Shown here in pieces: positions 20,530 to 30,784 of a stretch of 64,000 nt of DNA. Origin of the DNA: Candidatus Latescibacterota bacterium (GTDB lineage: Bacteria > Krumholzibacteriota > Krumholzibacteriia > WVZY01 > JAKEHA01); the NCBI GenBank assembly GCA_963707635.1, contig OY970173.1, positions 1,216,001-1,280,000 of the forward strand. Reading direction: 5' to 3'. Position numbers and translations under genes: made by a program. Below the pieces are notes generated by a model that had not been told where the DNA came from, searched no databases, and saw only the letters and a list, made by a program, of their open reading frames with translations. The first letter of the stretch is position 1. Each line of letters opens with the position of its first letter.

Positions 20530-22089
20530 AGTTCAAACCCCCGGGTCGGATCCTGCCACCGCTCCCGCTCATCCTCCCGGCCATCCTCTCGGGTGGTCTG
20601 GTCACGTTGTGTTTTCCGGTGGCGTCCCTGGGCCCGGTCTCGTTTCTCGCGCTGGCGCCGCTGTTCGCCGCGCTGCTGCGCCACCGGCCGGGGCGCCGCG
20701 ACGCGTTCCGCGCCGGCTTCCTGATGGGATCGACGTGCTTCGTCACCATGCTGTGGTGGATCGTGAAGCTGATCCCGTCGGCCGACGTCACCATTCCCGT
20801 GGCTCATGACGCCGGCGCTGCTCCTGCTCGTGTTGTATCTCTCGCTCTACCCGGCGTTTCACCTCCTTGTGCTCGCCGCGGTGACGCGCTGGCGCCCGAT
20901 AGCCTTCACCCTCGCCGCTCCGGCGGTGTGGGCGCTCTTCGAGGTCGCGCGCTCGCGCGGAGAGCTTGCGTTCCCGTGGGAGCTCCTCGGCTACACGCTC
21001 TCCGGTCACCCGTCGCTGATCCAGACCGCGGAGTTCTGGGGCGTGTACGGGTTGTCGTTCCTGATTGTGCTGGTCAACGCGCTGGTTGCGGTCGGAGTGG
21101 CCGTGCACGGCCCGCGCCCGCGCGCGATCTGCGGCCTGCTGGCGGGCATGATCGCGGCGGGGATCCTGCTCCAGGGCGGTCCCCGGGTGGAGCGGGAGCG
21201 CGCGCTGCGCGGGGAACGCCTGCGGATCGCGATCGCGCAACCCAACATCGATCTCGCCATCAAGTGGGTGCCGGAATTCAAGGATTCTTCATTCCGCCAG
21301 ATCGAGCGGCAGGCGGCGATCGCGCACGAGGAAAACGCCGAGCTGGTGGTGTTCCCGGAAACGTGCGCGCCCATGTACGTCGAGAACGACCCGCGGCAGA
21401 AGGCCCGGCTCCGGGATCTCGCGCGCTCGCTGGGGATGCCGGTCTTCCTCGGGTTTCTGGACCACCGATTCGACGGCCCCAATCACGCGCTCAACATCTA
21501 CAACTCGTCGGGGGTGTTTCGCGCGGACGGCGAGCTGGAGAAATACGACAAGCGCCACCTGCTGCCGTTCGGCGAAGCGCTGCCGCTGAGCACGCGCTGG
21601 CGCTGGCTGCGCAAGGTCCAGTTCGGCCAGGCCAATTTTCAGCCGGGACCCCCGCGGCGTCCGCTGGACACGGGGGCGGCGCGCATCACGCCGCTTATCT
21701 GTTTTGAATCGGTGTTTCCCGAACTGTGCCGGGACGGCGTGCGCGCCGGCGCGCAGTTGTTCGTCAACATCACCAACGACGGGTGGTTCGGAGACACGCC
21801 GGGGCCGTATCAGCACGCCCAGATGTGCATCCTGCGCACGGTCGAGTTCAGACGCTACCTCGTCCGCAGCGCCAACAGCGGGGTCTCCATGGTGGTGAAC
21901 CCCGCCGGAGAGGTAACGCACACGATCGGGCTCTACCAGGCGGAGGTGCTGACCACCGAGGTCGAGCTCCTCTCCGGGGAGACGTTCTACTCGCGCCATG
22001 GGGACGCGCCGCTCGTGGCCGGCTCGTTGTTGATCGTGCTGTCCGCCGGTTTCCTCGCGCGGCGGCGTACGGGAGCGACGGCGCCGTAG
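20526..22089 (+). CDS. lnt: Apolipoprotein N-acyltransferase; +1 frameshift at ~20797
   Basis: FPWELLGY, QPNI, VFPET, YDKRHLLPFGE, LICFE, TNDGWFG, RSANSG. ATTCCCGTGG minus one C gives IPWLMTP. Confidence 0.92.
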
Positions 22090-22161
22090 CCTTCCGGGCA
22101 CGGCCTTGTGCGGGGCCCGCCAGGCGGGTATGATACGGGGCGGAGGCAAACGGGAACGCCC

Positions 22162-22527
22162 ATGGAGCTGCTGCTTCTCAAATCCAAGATTCACCAGGCG
22201 ACCGTGACGGGGGTCGATATGCACTACGAGGGCAGCATCGTGGTCGATACCGCCCTCATGGACGAAGTCGGCCTGCACCGGTGGGAGAAGGTGCTCGTCG
22301 CCAACATGAACACCGGCGACCGCTTCGAGACCTACGTCATCCCCGCGCCGGCGCGTTCGGGGCGCATCGAGCTCAACGGCGCCACCGCCCGGCTGGGCCA
22401 GATCGGGGACCGCGTCATCATATTCTCGTTCGCCGCCTACACGGAGGCGGAAGCGCGCACCCACGCGCCCCGGATCGTCCAGCTCGACGAAGAGAACCGC
22501 GTGGTGCGCCGCTCGTTCGCGGCGTAG
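22162..22527 (+). CDS. panD: Aspartate 1-decarboxylase
   Basis: LKSKIHQATVT, YEGS autocleavage site, RFETY, NGATAR. Confidence 0.95.
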   Translation: MELLLLKSKIHQATVTGVDMHYEGSIVVDTALMDEVGLHRWEKVLVANMNTGDRFETYVIPAPARSGRIELNGATARLGQIGDRVIIFSFAAYTEAEARTHAPRIVQLDEENRVVRRSFAA

Positions 22528-22556
22528 GCGACTCCTTCGACGCGGCGTCTCAATTC

Positions 22557-23753
22557 ATGACTGAGAAAACCTACCTCGAAGAGCCCTATCAGACGGCGTT
22601 CGAGGCGAAGGTCGTTTCATCGCGCGGGCTGCCGGACGGTTCGGGGCACGCGGTCGTGCTCGATCGGACGCTCTTCTACCCCGAGTCCGGGGGGCAGCTC
22701 GCGGACGCCGGGACCCTCGGCGCCGGGCGCGTGACCGACGTGCAGGAAGGGGAAGACGAAACCGTGGTCCACACCGTGGCGGGGGCGGAGCCGGCCGCCG
22801 GCGTGGTGCGGGGCGCCATCGACTGGGCGCGCCGATTCGACCACATGCAGCAGCACACGGGGCAGCACGTCCTCTCGCGCGCGTTCATCGAGACAGCAAG
22901 CCTGCACACGGTGTCGTTCCACATGGGGGACGAGACGTGCACGATCGACCTCGAGGGCGCGGGCTTCGACGAACGCGCGCTGGTGCGCGCCGAGGACCTC
23001 GCCAATCGCATCGTCGAGGAGAACCGGCCGATCGATGTGGCGACCATGCCGGTCGAGGCGCTCGACGCCCTCGACTTGCGCCGCAAGGTCCCCGAAGGGG
23101 TCCGCATCGCCCGCGTGGTGTCGGTGCACGACTTCGATTCGATACCGTGTTGCGGCACCCACGTGCGCTCGACGGGCGAACTCGGGCTGGTCAAGGTGTT
23201 GAAGAGCGAGAAGGTCCGCAACAGTCAGCGCGTCCACTTCAAGGTGGGGCGGCGCGCGCTCGACGACTATCGCGAGAAGCACGCGGTGGTGCAGTCGCTG
23301 GCCGGCCGGTTGACCACCGCGCCCGCCGACGTGGCGGCGCGGGTCGAACGGCTGGTCGAGGAAACGCAGGCGGGGGCGAAGCGGACCAGGACGCTGCTCC
23401 AGCGCCTGGCGGCGGCAGAAAAACCCCGGCTGCTGGGCGAGGCGGCGCGAGTGGGCGCGCATCGCGTGGTGGTGTTCCGGGACGCCGACCCGGCCTACAT
23501 CCGCGCACTCGCCGGCGAGTTTCAGGCCGAGACGGGAGTGGTCGCGATTCTGGGCGCCGCCGATGGGTCGGTGGTGTGCGCGGCCTCGCGCGACCTGACC
23601 CTCGACCTCGCCGCCGACGTGGCCGCGATCGCGCGCGAGCTCGGCGGCAGCGGCGGCGGCAAGGGAGGGTTCGCGCAGCTGAAGGTCGACGCGGCCCGGG
23701 TAGACGAACTGTTACGGAGGATCGACGCCCATGTACGAACCCGACTGGCGTAA
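22557..23753 (+). CDS. alaX: AlaX-like alanyl-tRNA editing protein with DHHA1 domain
   Basis: FYPESGGQ, MQQHTGQH, CCGTH, C-terminal GGSGGG. Confidence 0.88.
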   Translation: MTEKTYLEEPYQTAFEAKVVSSRGLPDGSGHAVVLDRTLFYPESGGQLADAGTLGAGRVTDVQEGEDETVVHTVAGAEPAAGVVRGAIDWARRFDHMQQHTGQHVLSRAFIETASLHTVSFHMGDETCTIDLEGAGFDERALVRAEDLANRIVEENRPIDVATMPVEALDALDLRRKVPEGVRIARVVSVHDFDSIPCCGTHVRSTGELGLVKVLKSEKVRNSQRVHFKVGRRALDDYREKHAVVQSLAGRLTTAPADVAARVERLVEETQAGAKRTRTLLQRLAAAEKPRLLGEAARVGAHRVVVFRDADPAYIRALAGEFQAETGVVAILGAADGSVVCAASRDLTLDLAADVAAIARELGGSGGGKGGFAQLKVDAARVDELLRRIDAHVRTRLA

Positions 23754-24483
23754 CCAGGTGGCAGTGTGGGCCGCGGTCGCGTGCGCCGCTGGCACGATGG
23801 CGGCGACCCCGATGCACGCGCAGAAGGCCGTGAAGCTGCTGGCGACGTCGAAGTCGACGTTCAAAATCGTTCAGGGCGACCACGAGGCCGGCAAGGAGTC
23901 CTTCGAGCGCCGGACCTACAGCAACAACACCATCGTGATCCAGGGAAACGTCTTGCTCGAGCCGGGGCCCGATGTGCGCGTGAACGACAAGATCGACCTC
24001 ACGCTGGAAGAAGAGTCGTATTTCCCGCGGTCGCTTCAAAGCGTCCGAACCGTGACCCGTGGCACCGAGTCGTTCGACCACAAGATCAGCGTGGAAATGT
24101 TCGCGAACGTCGCGGTGATCGGAAGCGAGATACGCGGGCTCGGGGACACGCGTCGTGTCATCGTACCGACGGGACTCGCCCTGCAGAGCGTCGGACCGGT
24201 GTTGTATTGGTATCAAACGTTGTTCTGGTACGACCGCGAGCTGGGCGGGCGCCAGCGATTCCAGTGGCTCGACCCCACGACGGGTGCGGTGGGCTCGGGC
24301 GAAATCCGGCTGGTGCGCGAAGACACGCTGAACGTGATGGGGAAAAAGACGAAGGTCTCGGTGTTTTCCGCGGAGCGCGAGGGGATGGACGAGGCGGCCC
24401 TCTACGTGAACGCCAAGGGGCTCATCGTCAAGTGCGAGCAGAACCTGTCGACGTTCGAACTCGTGGAACAATCGGATAACTGA
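23731..24483 (+). CDS. Exported hypothetical beta-rich protein
   Basis: Signal-like N-terminus, GC3-rich codon usage, operonic position. Confidence 0.7.
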   Translation: MYEPDWRNQVAVWAAVACAAGTMAATPMHAQKAVKLLATSKSTFKIVQGDHEAGKESFERRTYSNNTIVIQGNVLLEPGPDVRVNDKIDLTLEEESYFPRSLQSVRTVTRGTESFDHKISVEMFANVAVIGSEIRGLGDTRRVIVPTGLALQSVGPVLYWYQTLFWYDRELGGRQRFQWLDPTTGAVGSGEIRLVREDTLNVMGKKTKVSVFSAEREGMDEAALYVNAKGLIVKCEQNLSTFELVEQSDN

Positions 24484-24498
24484 CCAACGGAGTCCAAC

Positions 24499-25779
24499 AT
24501 GAACTGGAGTATGAAGGTAGTTGCATTTGCAGGGCTGGTTTTCGCGGCGGCGCTGGCGTCGTGCGGGAAGCAGGGGGCGCGGTACGACGTGAATCTGCTC
24601 AAGAACAGCTCATTCGAGACGATCGCCTCCGACGGACTTCCGGAGGGATGGGTGCTCGAGCCCTTCCGCGGCGACGAGAATCAGTCGGAGGTCCAGTACG
24701 GAAACGACGGCAACGTCCACATCGACGGCCAGAACGCCTGGTACTTCCGCGGTGATCCGGGGACGCGCCGCTGGTACATGCTCTCGCAGGAAGTGCAGGT
24801 CCCGGAAGGATCCGACCGCATCCGGATCCAGGGATGGATCCAGACCGACGGCACGCGGATGGCGGGCGACCAGTTCATGCAGGCCAATTATCTGCTCACC
24901 TTCTACGATGAGAAACGCCAGCGCTTTCACGCGGAGCGCATCGCCGATCAGCGCACCCCGTTCCGACACGGCACCAACCCGTGGATGGAGGAAGACCAGC
25001 AATACCGTCTACCGCCCGGCACCAAATTCGTAAAGGTATCGTGCGTTCTCGGAGCAAACGGCCAGGTCTGGTTCGACAAAGTCGCGCTGTCTGTGCTGAC
25101 GCCGATTCATTGGGAGACGGCGACCACCGAGAATTTCGTGTTTCACTGGCTCCCCGGTCACCCAATGCCGGAAGGCGCGCCGCAGGCGCAGCAGCAGATC
25201 TTCGACTACATCGATTCGCGCCTCGACCTCAAGAGCAAGCTGGTGATCGGCTACTATTTCTACCCCGACACAGCGACCATCCGGCAGATGTTGAATACCA
25301 AGGCGTATCAGCAGGTGAACTGGGAGAGCGCGGAGATTCACTCCATCAACGCGAACGACAATCATGAGGTCGTCCACCTGATGACGGACACGCTTGGGCG
25401 GCCGCCCCAGGCGATCACGGAGGGAACGGTGTACTGGATCCAGGACGAGTGGAACGGCAAGCCGATCGTGGACTGCATGCGGGAACTCGCCGACAGGCGA
25501 ATGATCCCCACGCTCGCCAGCTTGCTCGACGCCGCAGTATTCGCGAGAGCAGACCCAAACCTCACCATGCCCGCATCCGCATCGTTCGTCGGGTTCCTGG
25601 TGAAGCGCTGGGGACCGGGCAATCTCATCAGCCTCTACAGCGCGCTGGACGGGGCCAAAGACTTCGAGACGGTGGCTCCCGCGTTCGAAAAGGTCTACGG
25701 GCTCCCAATGCCGCAGATCGAGGACGCGTGGCGCCGGGCACTGGCCGCCGAACTCAGCCCCTCCGCCGGCGCCAAATGA
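24499..25779 (+). CDS. Lipoprotein: carbohydrate-binding-like domain plus peptidase MA-like (HEVVH) domain
   Basis: Lipobox LASC; NLLKNSSFE...VWFDKVAL CBM-like segment; HEVVH...TEG. Confidence 0.7.
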   Translation: MNWSMKVVAFAGLVFAAALASCGKQGARYDVNLLKNSSFETIASDGLPEGWVLEPFRGDENQSEVQYGNDGNVHIDGQNAWYFRGDPGTRRWYMLSQEVQVPEGSDRIRIQGWIQTDGTRMAGDQFMQANYLLTFYDEKRQRFHAERIADQRTPFRHGTNPWMEEDQQYRLPPGTKFVKVSCVLGANGQVWFDKVALSVLTPIHWETATTENFVFHWLPGHPMPEGAPQAQQQIFDYIDSRLDLKSKLVIGYYFYPDTATIRQMLNTKAYQQVNWESAEIHSINANDNHEVVHLMTDTLGRPPQAITEGTVYWIQDEWNGKPIVDCMRELADRRMIPTLASLLDAAVFARADPNLTMPASASFVGFLVKRWGPGNLISLYSALDGAKDFETVAPAFEKVYGLPMPQIEDAWRRALAAELSPSAGAK

Positions 25780-26279
25780 GCGACGACATTCGTTTCTGCT
25801 CGCGCTGCGGAGGCCCGATGTCCCAGAAGCGCGTCGACGATCGTGTGCGGGCGGTCTGCGATCGCTGCGGTTTCGTCGCCTACCGAAACCCGGCGCCCGC
25901 GGCGGGCGTGATACTGGTCGAAGACAACGGCGTGTTGCTGGTCCAGCGAAAATTCGAGCCCCGGCGCGGGCTATGGACGTTGCCGGCGGGTTTCGTGGAG
26001 TACGACGAGTACGTTGCCGATTGCGCCGTGCGCGAGACTCGGGAAGAGACCAACCTGGATGTGGAATTGGGGCCACTCTTCGGCGCCTACATGGCCATGG
26101 ACGACCCGCGGGTCCAGGTGGTGCTGTTGTTGTACACGTGCCGCCGCGTCGGGGGGGAGCTTCGAGCCGGCGACGACGCCATCGAGGCTCGCTTCTTTCC
26201 GCTGGACGCGGCGCTGCCCCCGATTGCCTTCAAGGCCCACGAACAGGCACTCGCTGACTTTCGCCGCACTCGCGTGTAG
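25776..26279 (+). CDS. NUDIX hydrolase with N-terminal zinc ribbon
   Basis: FCSRCG...CDRCG, YRNP, Nudix box GFVEYDEYVADCAVRETREETNL. Confidence 0.92.
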   Translation: MSDDIRFCSRCGGPMSQKRVDDRVRAVCDRCGFVAYRNPAPAAGVILVEDNGVLLVQRKFEPRRGLWTLPAGFVEYDEYVADCAVRETREETNLDVELGPLFGAYMAMDDPRVQVVLLLYTCRRVGGELRAGDDAIEARFFPLDAALPPIAFKAHEQALADFRRTRV

Positions 26280-26282
26280 ATT

Positions 26283-26382
26283 GGGCAGACGATATATCGG
26301 ACTCCGCGCTCACGCGCTCGCGCGCACAAGTTGACACGCGCGACTCGCGAGATCGCGCTTCGCCCGACATATCGTCCGCCCC
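26283..26382. repeat. Palindromic intergenic repeat copy 3 (module A only)
   Basis: GGGCAGACGATATATCGG...CCGACATATCGTCCGCCC; fills the gap between two convergent genes. Confidence 0.9.
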
Positions 26383-26387
26383 GCTGA

Positions 26388-28379
26388 TTACTCGAGGATC
26401 TTCACGTCGAACGTATCCGCCTGGTCGAGCTTCCACACCGTATCCATCCCGTTGGTCACCCGCCCGAAGACCGTGTAGCGGCCGTCCAGGTGCGGCTGGG
26501 GCGAGAGCGTGATGAACCACTGGCAGCTCCCGGTGTCCTTGCCCGCGTCGGCGATGCCGAGCACGCCTTCCATGTAGCGGTGCGGCGAGACCTCGGCGGG
26601 AATCGCAAAGCCCGCGTCGCCGGAGCCGTCACCGCGCGGGTCGCCGCCCTGCACGACGAAGTTCGGGACCACGCGATGGAGGGTGAGCCCCTTGTAGAAA
26701 CCTTCCTTGGCCAGTTTCACGAACGTCGCGACGGTCTGGATTGCGTCGTCGCCGAACAGTTCGACATCGATGTTGCCGTGCTTGGTGGTGATGACGGCGC
26801 GAACGATCCCGCGCGGCGGCGCCAGGGCCTTTCGGCGTGAGCGGTCGAACGCCGCCTCGTGAAACTGCCGGTCGGCGGGTATCGGCGGGGGCTGCAGCCC
26901 CAGCTTGGTGATCGCTTCGACTGCGGCGGAGCGCACGCGGGGGTCCTCGTGGCGGGTCGCGTGAAACAGCAGACTGTCCGCCGCTGTGACGCCCATCTCG
27001 CCGAGCACGTGGATCACTTCGATCTTGAGGTCGACGAACTCGCGTTCGTCGTGTGCGTCGTAGGCCTGCATCAACGCCGGCGCCGCGTCGCGGAACTCCT
27101 GCGCGCCGATCGCCTCGGCCGCCGCGGTCGCCACCGTGAAGTCGGGGTCGCGCAATGCGGGGACGAGCAGCGGCGGGACGGACTCGTCCTTCAGTTTCCC
27201 GAGGGCGCCCACCGCGGCCGCGCGCATCATCGGGTCGTTGTCCGAGTGGGCGATCTTCTCCAGCTCCTTGACCCGGGTCGTGATCCCGGCGCTCCCGTAG
27301 CACGCAATCGCTTCCGCCCGCACGAGCCGTTCCCCGTCGCGCCGCATCTGGTCGCAGTACATCTCGCTGTTCGTCCCCAGCGAGGCCGCCATCGCGCGGA
27401 TCGAATGGATGCGGACCATCGTGCTGCGGTCCAGGAGGCCCTGCATGAGGGCGTCGCGCGCGCTCTTCTGGCCGATGTTCTCCAGCGCCATGGCGGCCTG
27501 GGCGCGCGCGTGTTGGGAGGCGTGTGTCATCAGCACGTCGCCGAGGGGCTGGATCGCGTCGTGGGACTTGATCTCGCCGAGCGCGCGGGCCGCGTTGACC
27601 ACCACCCGCAGGTCCTTGTCCTTCAGCGCCGCGATCAGCGCCTTCGTGGCCCCCGCGCACGCGAGCTTGCCGAGGGTGCGCGCCGCGTACGCGCGCACCA
27701 GCGGGTCCTTGCTTTCCAGGAAGTCGGTCACGGTGTCGCACGTGCGCGGCAACGCGTCCTGCTTCTCGAGCGCATAGATGGCGCGCCACGCGACCCCCGC
27801 GTCCGGGTCGTGTACGGCCAGCAGCAGGGAGTTGGCCGCCGCCGGATCCTTGCAGCGCGCGAGCGCCAGCGCCGCTTCGGCACGCGGCCCCGCGTTGAAG
27901 TCGCGCAAGAGATCCGTCAGGCACACGATCGCCTCCTCGCCGCCGATTTTTCCCAACGCCTCGGCGAAATGCGGGAGCTCGGCCGGCAGGGCCGCCGCGC
28001 GCGCCTTGACCAGCGGAGCCACGGCGTCGCGGTTGCCGAGCTGGCCGAGCGTGAAGACAGCCGACCGCCGCACTTCGGGACGGCGGTCGCCCAGCGATGG
28101 GATCACCTTCGGCGCGTCGCTCGGATCCTGGATCCGGCCGATGGCTTCGAGCACGCGAACCCGCACCAGCGGAGTGCCTTCCGCCAGGTACTCGAACAGT
28201 TTTCCGTCTCCGGTCACACGCTGCTCTTCCCACAACGCGATGTTCTTGAGCGTGTCCTGACCCGAGGTGGTCGATAGCAGGGGCGCGTACCGGCTCGACG
28301 CGCCCCGAGCGGGCGACATCGAAAGCACGAGCCCGACGGCAAAATACCAGGAGAGACTCCGTGCGAGTTTGGTGTTCAT
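26388..28379 (-). CDS. Exported HEAT-repeat protein with C-terminal cyclophilin-type PPIase
   Basis: Signal peptide, many HEAT repeats (VRAYAARTLGKL etc.), HRVVPNFVVQGGDP, HLDGRYTVFG. Confidence 0.9.
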   Translation of the reverse strand: MNTKLARSLSWYFAVGLVLSMSPARGASSRYAPLLSTTSGQDTLKNIALWEEQRVTGDGKLFEYLAEGTPLVRVRVLEAIGRIQDPSDAPKVIPSLGDRRPEVRRSAVFTLGQLGNRDAVAPLVKARAAALPAELPHFAEALGKIGGEEAIVCLTDLLRDFNAGPRAEAALALARCKDPAAANSLLLAVHDPDAGVAWRAIYALEKQDALPRTCDTVTDFLESKDPLVRAYAARTLGKLACAGATKALIAALKDKDLRVVVNAARALGEIKSHDAIQPLGDVLMTHASQHARAQAAMALENIGQKSARDALMQGLLDRSTMVRIHSIRAMAASLGTNSEMYCDQMRRDGERLVRAEAIACYGSAGITTRVKELEKIAHSDNDPMMRAAAVGALGKLKDESVPPLLVPALRDPDFTVATAAAEAIGAQEFRDAAPALMQAYDAHDEREFVDLKIEVIHVLGEMGVTAADSLLFHATRHEDPRVRSAAVEAITKLGLQPPPIPADRQFHEAAFDRSRRKALAPPRGIVRAVITTKHGNIDVELFGDDAIQTVATFVKLAKEGFYKGLTLHRVVPNFVVQGGDPRGDGSGDAGFAIPAEVSPHRYMEGVLGIADAGKDTGSCQWFITLSPQPHLDGRYTVFGRVTNGMDTVWKLDQADTFDVKILE

Positions 28380-28525
28380 GGCGCGATGCTTCCACCGATC
28401 CACGCCGGTGTCAACACTCGTGTGCGGCCCGCCCGGGCGTTCGCGCGTCCTGGTTGTGCGGGCGCCCCCCCGCGCGGTATTCTGGTCGTGCCGGCGCGTC
28501 CGCAAGCGAGCGCCGTGAGCACCCG

Positions 28526-29296
28526 ATGACAACGTCCACCGCATCTCCACCGTCACCGGTGCGTCGCTTCGACGCGCGCGTGATGGCCGCCGCCACCGTC
28601 GCCGTGATCGTGGCTTCGATGACCACGCTCCGGAGCACCCCCGCCATGCTGGGGCTGCTGGGGTTTGTGTGCCTCGGGCACGTGTTCGTGACCCGCGACG
28701 TCGATGCCACCGCGAGACGCCTCGCCCGGATAGCGCCGTTCGCCCTCGTGATCGTGCTTGTCAATACTCTGCTGGTGCCCGGCGAGGCGTTGCTCGCCCT
28801 GGCGAGGCACCGGGTCGGGTCGCGCGAGGGGCTGGTGGACGGCATCTTCTTCGCGCTGCGTTTGGGCGTGATGCTGATGGCCGTTTCGGTCCTGCTCGCG
28901 GCGACCACACCCGAGGCCCTGGCGCGCGCGGCCTACGGCCTGGTGCGGCGTGCCTCGGAGCGGGCCGCGACGCAGGTGGCACTGTTCGTCTTTCTCGCGA
29001 TGGGGTTCGTGCCGCTCTTCGTCGATGAGTTCGAGCGAATCCGCGTCGCGCAGGCATTCCGCGGCGGTGATTTCTCGGGCGGCATGCGACGGCGCGTGGG
29101 CGCGGTGCACGCGTGGCTCGTGCCGCTCCTGTTGTCGGCGATTCATCGCTCGGGGCAACTCGCGTTCGCAGTCGAACTGCGCGACGTGCGCCACCGACTG
29201 CCGCGGACGATCGACCCTCCGCGGGCGCGCGCGCTGGACGTCGCCGTACTCGTTGTCACCGCGGCCGTGATCGTCGCCGCATCGATGGCCCGGTGA
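28526..29296 (+). CDS. ecfT: Energy-coupling factor transmembrane component T
   Basis: TM helices, TTPEAL, FVPLFVDEFERIRVAQAFRG and a second Arg motif AVELRD. Confidence 0.8.
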   Translation: MTTSTASPPSPVRRFDARVMAAATVAVIVASMTTLRSTPAMLGLLGFVCLGHVFVTRDVDATARRLARIAPFALVIVLVNTLLVPGEALLALARHRVGSREGLVDGIFFALRLGVMLMAVSVLLAATTPEALARAAYGLVRRASERAATQVALFVFLAMGFVPLFVDEFERIRVAQAFRGGDFSGGMRRRVGAVHAWLVPLLLSAIHRSGQLAFAVELRDVRHRLPRTIDPPRARALDVAVLVVTAAVIVAASMAR

Positions 29297-30030
29297 AACG
29301 CGTGCGCAACCTGCGCCTGCTTCTCGAATACGACGGCACCGAATTCTGCGGCTGGCAGAAACAGCCGGGGGCGCGAACCGTGCAGGGAACCGTCGAGGAG
29401 GCGGTGACGACGGTGGTCCGCCACCCGACGATCGTGTGGGGATGCGCCCGAACCGACGCCGGCGTGCACGCGCTCGGCTATGTCGCGCACTTCCACACCG
29501 AGAGCGACTTCTCGGTCGAACGTCTCACCGCGGCGCTAAACGGCGTGCTCCCGGAGGACGTCGTGGTGCGACGCGTGGACGAAGCCGCCGCCGGCTTCCA
29601 CGCCCGCTTCGACGCGGTGGCGCGCCGGTATCAGTACCGGATCGCCACCGAGCCGACCGCCGTGTGGCGGCGCTTCGCGTACCGCAGCCGCCACCGGCTC
29701 GACCTCGACGCCATGGCGGCCGGCGCGGCGCCGCTCGTCGGCGAGCACGACTTCACCGGCTTCACCGCGGTCACCAATGACTCCCAGCCGGTGTGCCGGC
29801 TGCTGGGCGCGGCCGTGGCAGCGGAGGGCCCGTTCATTCTCATCACCGTGGAGGCCAACCGCTTCCTCTATCACATGGTGCGCGTGATCGCCGGCACCCT
29901 GATGGAAGTGGGCCGCGGCCGCATGCGGCCGGAACAGGTGGGCGTCGCGCTGCGTACAAAGGATCGTCGGGCGGCCGGGCCGACGGCGCCGGCGCACGGG
30001 CTGACGCTGCTCTCGGTTCGCTACGAGTAG
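29293..30030 (+). CDS. truA: tRNA pseudouridine(38-40) synthase
   Basis: EYDGTEFCGWQ, ARTDAGVHA, FHARFDA, FLYHMVR, TAPAHGL. Confidence 0.95.
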   Translation: MKRVRNLRLLLEYDGTEFCGWQKQPGARTVQGTVEEAVTTVVRHPTIVWGCARTDAGVHALGYVAHFHTESDFSVERLTAALNGVLPEDVVVRRVDEAAAGFHARFDAVARRYQYRIATEPTAVWRRFAYRSRHRLDLDAMAAGAAPLVGEHDFTGFTAVTNDSQPVCRLLGAAVAAEGPFILITVEANRFLYHMVRVIAGTLMEVGRGRMRPEQVGVALRTKDRRAAGPTAPAHGLTLLSVRYE

Positions 30031-30115
30031 GGGGATGCCGGGCCCGCGGACTCCGTGCTACTATGGAGGCGAGTCGCACGAACCGGCCTTCCGGCCCGAA
30101 AGGATCAAGTCGGCC

Positions 30116-30784
30116 ATGAAGATCTTTCTCGATACCGCGAACCTCGACGAGATCCGCGAAGGCGCCGCGCTGGGCGTCGTGGACGGCGTCACCACCAATC
30201 CGTCGCTGATGGTGCGAGAGGACGGCGACTACAAGGACATGCTCAAGGAAATCTGCGACATCGTGCGCGGTCCCGTGAGCGCGGAGGTCGTGGCCGAGGA
30301 CTGCGATGAGATGGTCCGCCAGGGCCGCGATTTTGCGCGCTTGAGCGAACACATCGTGGTGAAGATTCCACTGGTTCCGGAAGGAATCAAGGCGGTGCGC
30401 AAGCTCACCGCCGAGGACATCAAGACCAACGTCACCCTCTGCTTCTCCGCGAATCAGGGTTTGGTGGCGGCGAAGGCGGGTGCTACCTACATCAGCCCGT
30501 TCGTCGGGCGGCTCGACGACGCGGGGATGGACGGGATGCAGGTGGTCGCGGACCTGGTCGACATATACGAGCGCTACGCCTACGCCACCCAGGTGCTCGC
30601 GGCGAGCATTCGCCACCCCATGCACGTGATTCAGGCGGCCAAGCTCGGCGCCGACGTCTCCACCATGCCGTACAAGATCTTTCAGCAACTCTTCAAGCAC
30701 CCGCTCACCGACGTCGGGATCGAATTGTTCAATCGAGACTGGGCGAAGGTGATGGAGAAACGTAAGGCGCATGTACGACGATGA
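30116..30784 (+). CDS. tal: Transaldolase / fructose-6-phosphate aldolase family
   Basis: FLDTAN, GVTTNPSL, VVKIP, NVTL, YISPFVGRLDD, HPLTD. Confidence 0.92.
   Translation: MKIFLDTANLDEIREGAALGVVDGVTTNPSLMVREDGDYKDMLKEICDIVRGPVSAEVVAEDCDEMVRQGRDFARLSEHIVVKIPLVPEGIKAVRKLTAEDIKTNVTLCFSANQGLVAAKAGATYISPFVGRLDDAGMDGMQVVADLVDIYERYAYATQVLAASIRHPMHVIQAAKLGADVSTMPYKIFQQLFKHPLTDVGIELFNRDWAKVMEKRKAHVRR

Noticed and set aside
3270..26382. Repeat copies as a CRISPR array or tRNA
   Set aside because: Dispersed rather than tandem, no spacers or cas genes; no T-loop, D-loop or CCA features.
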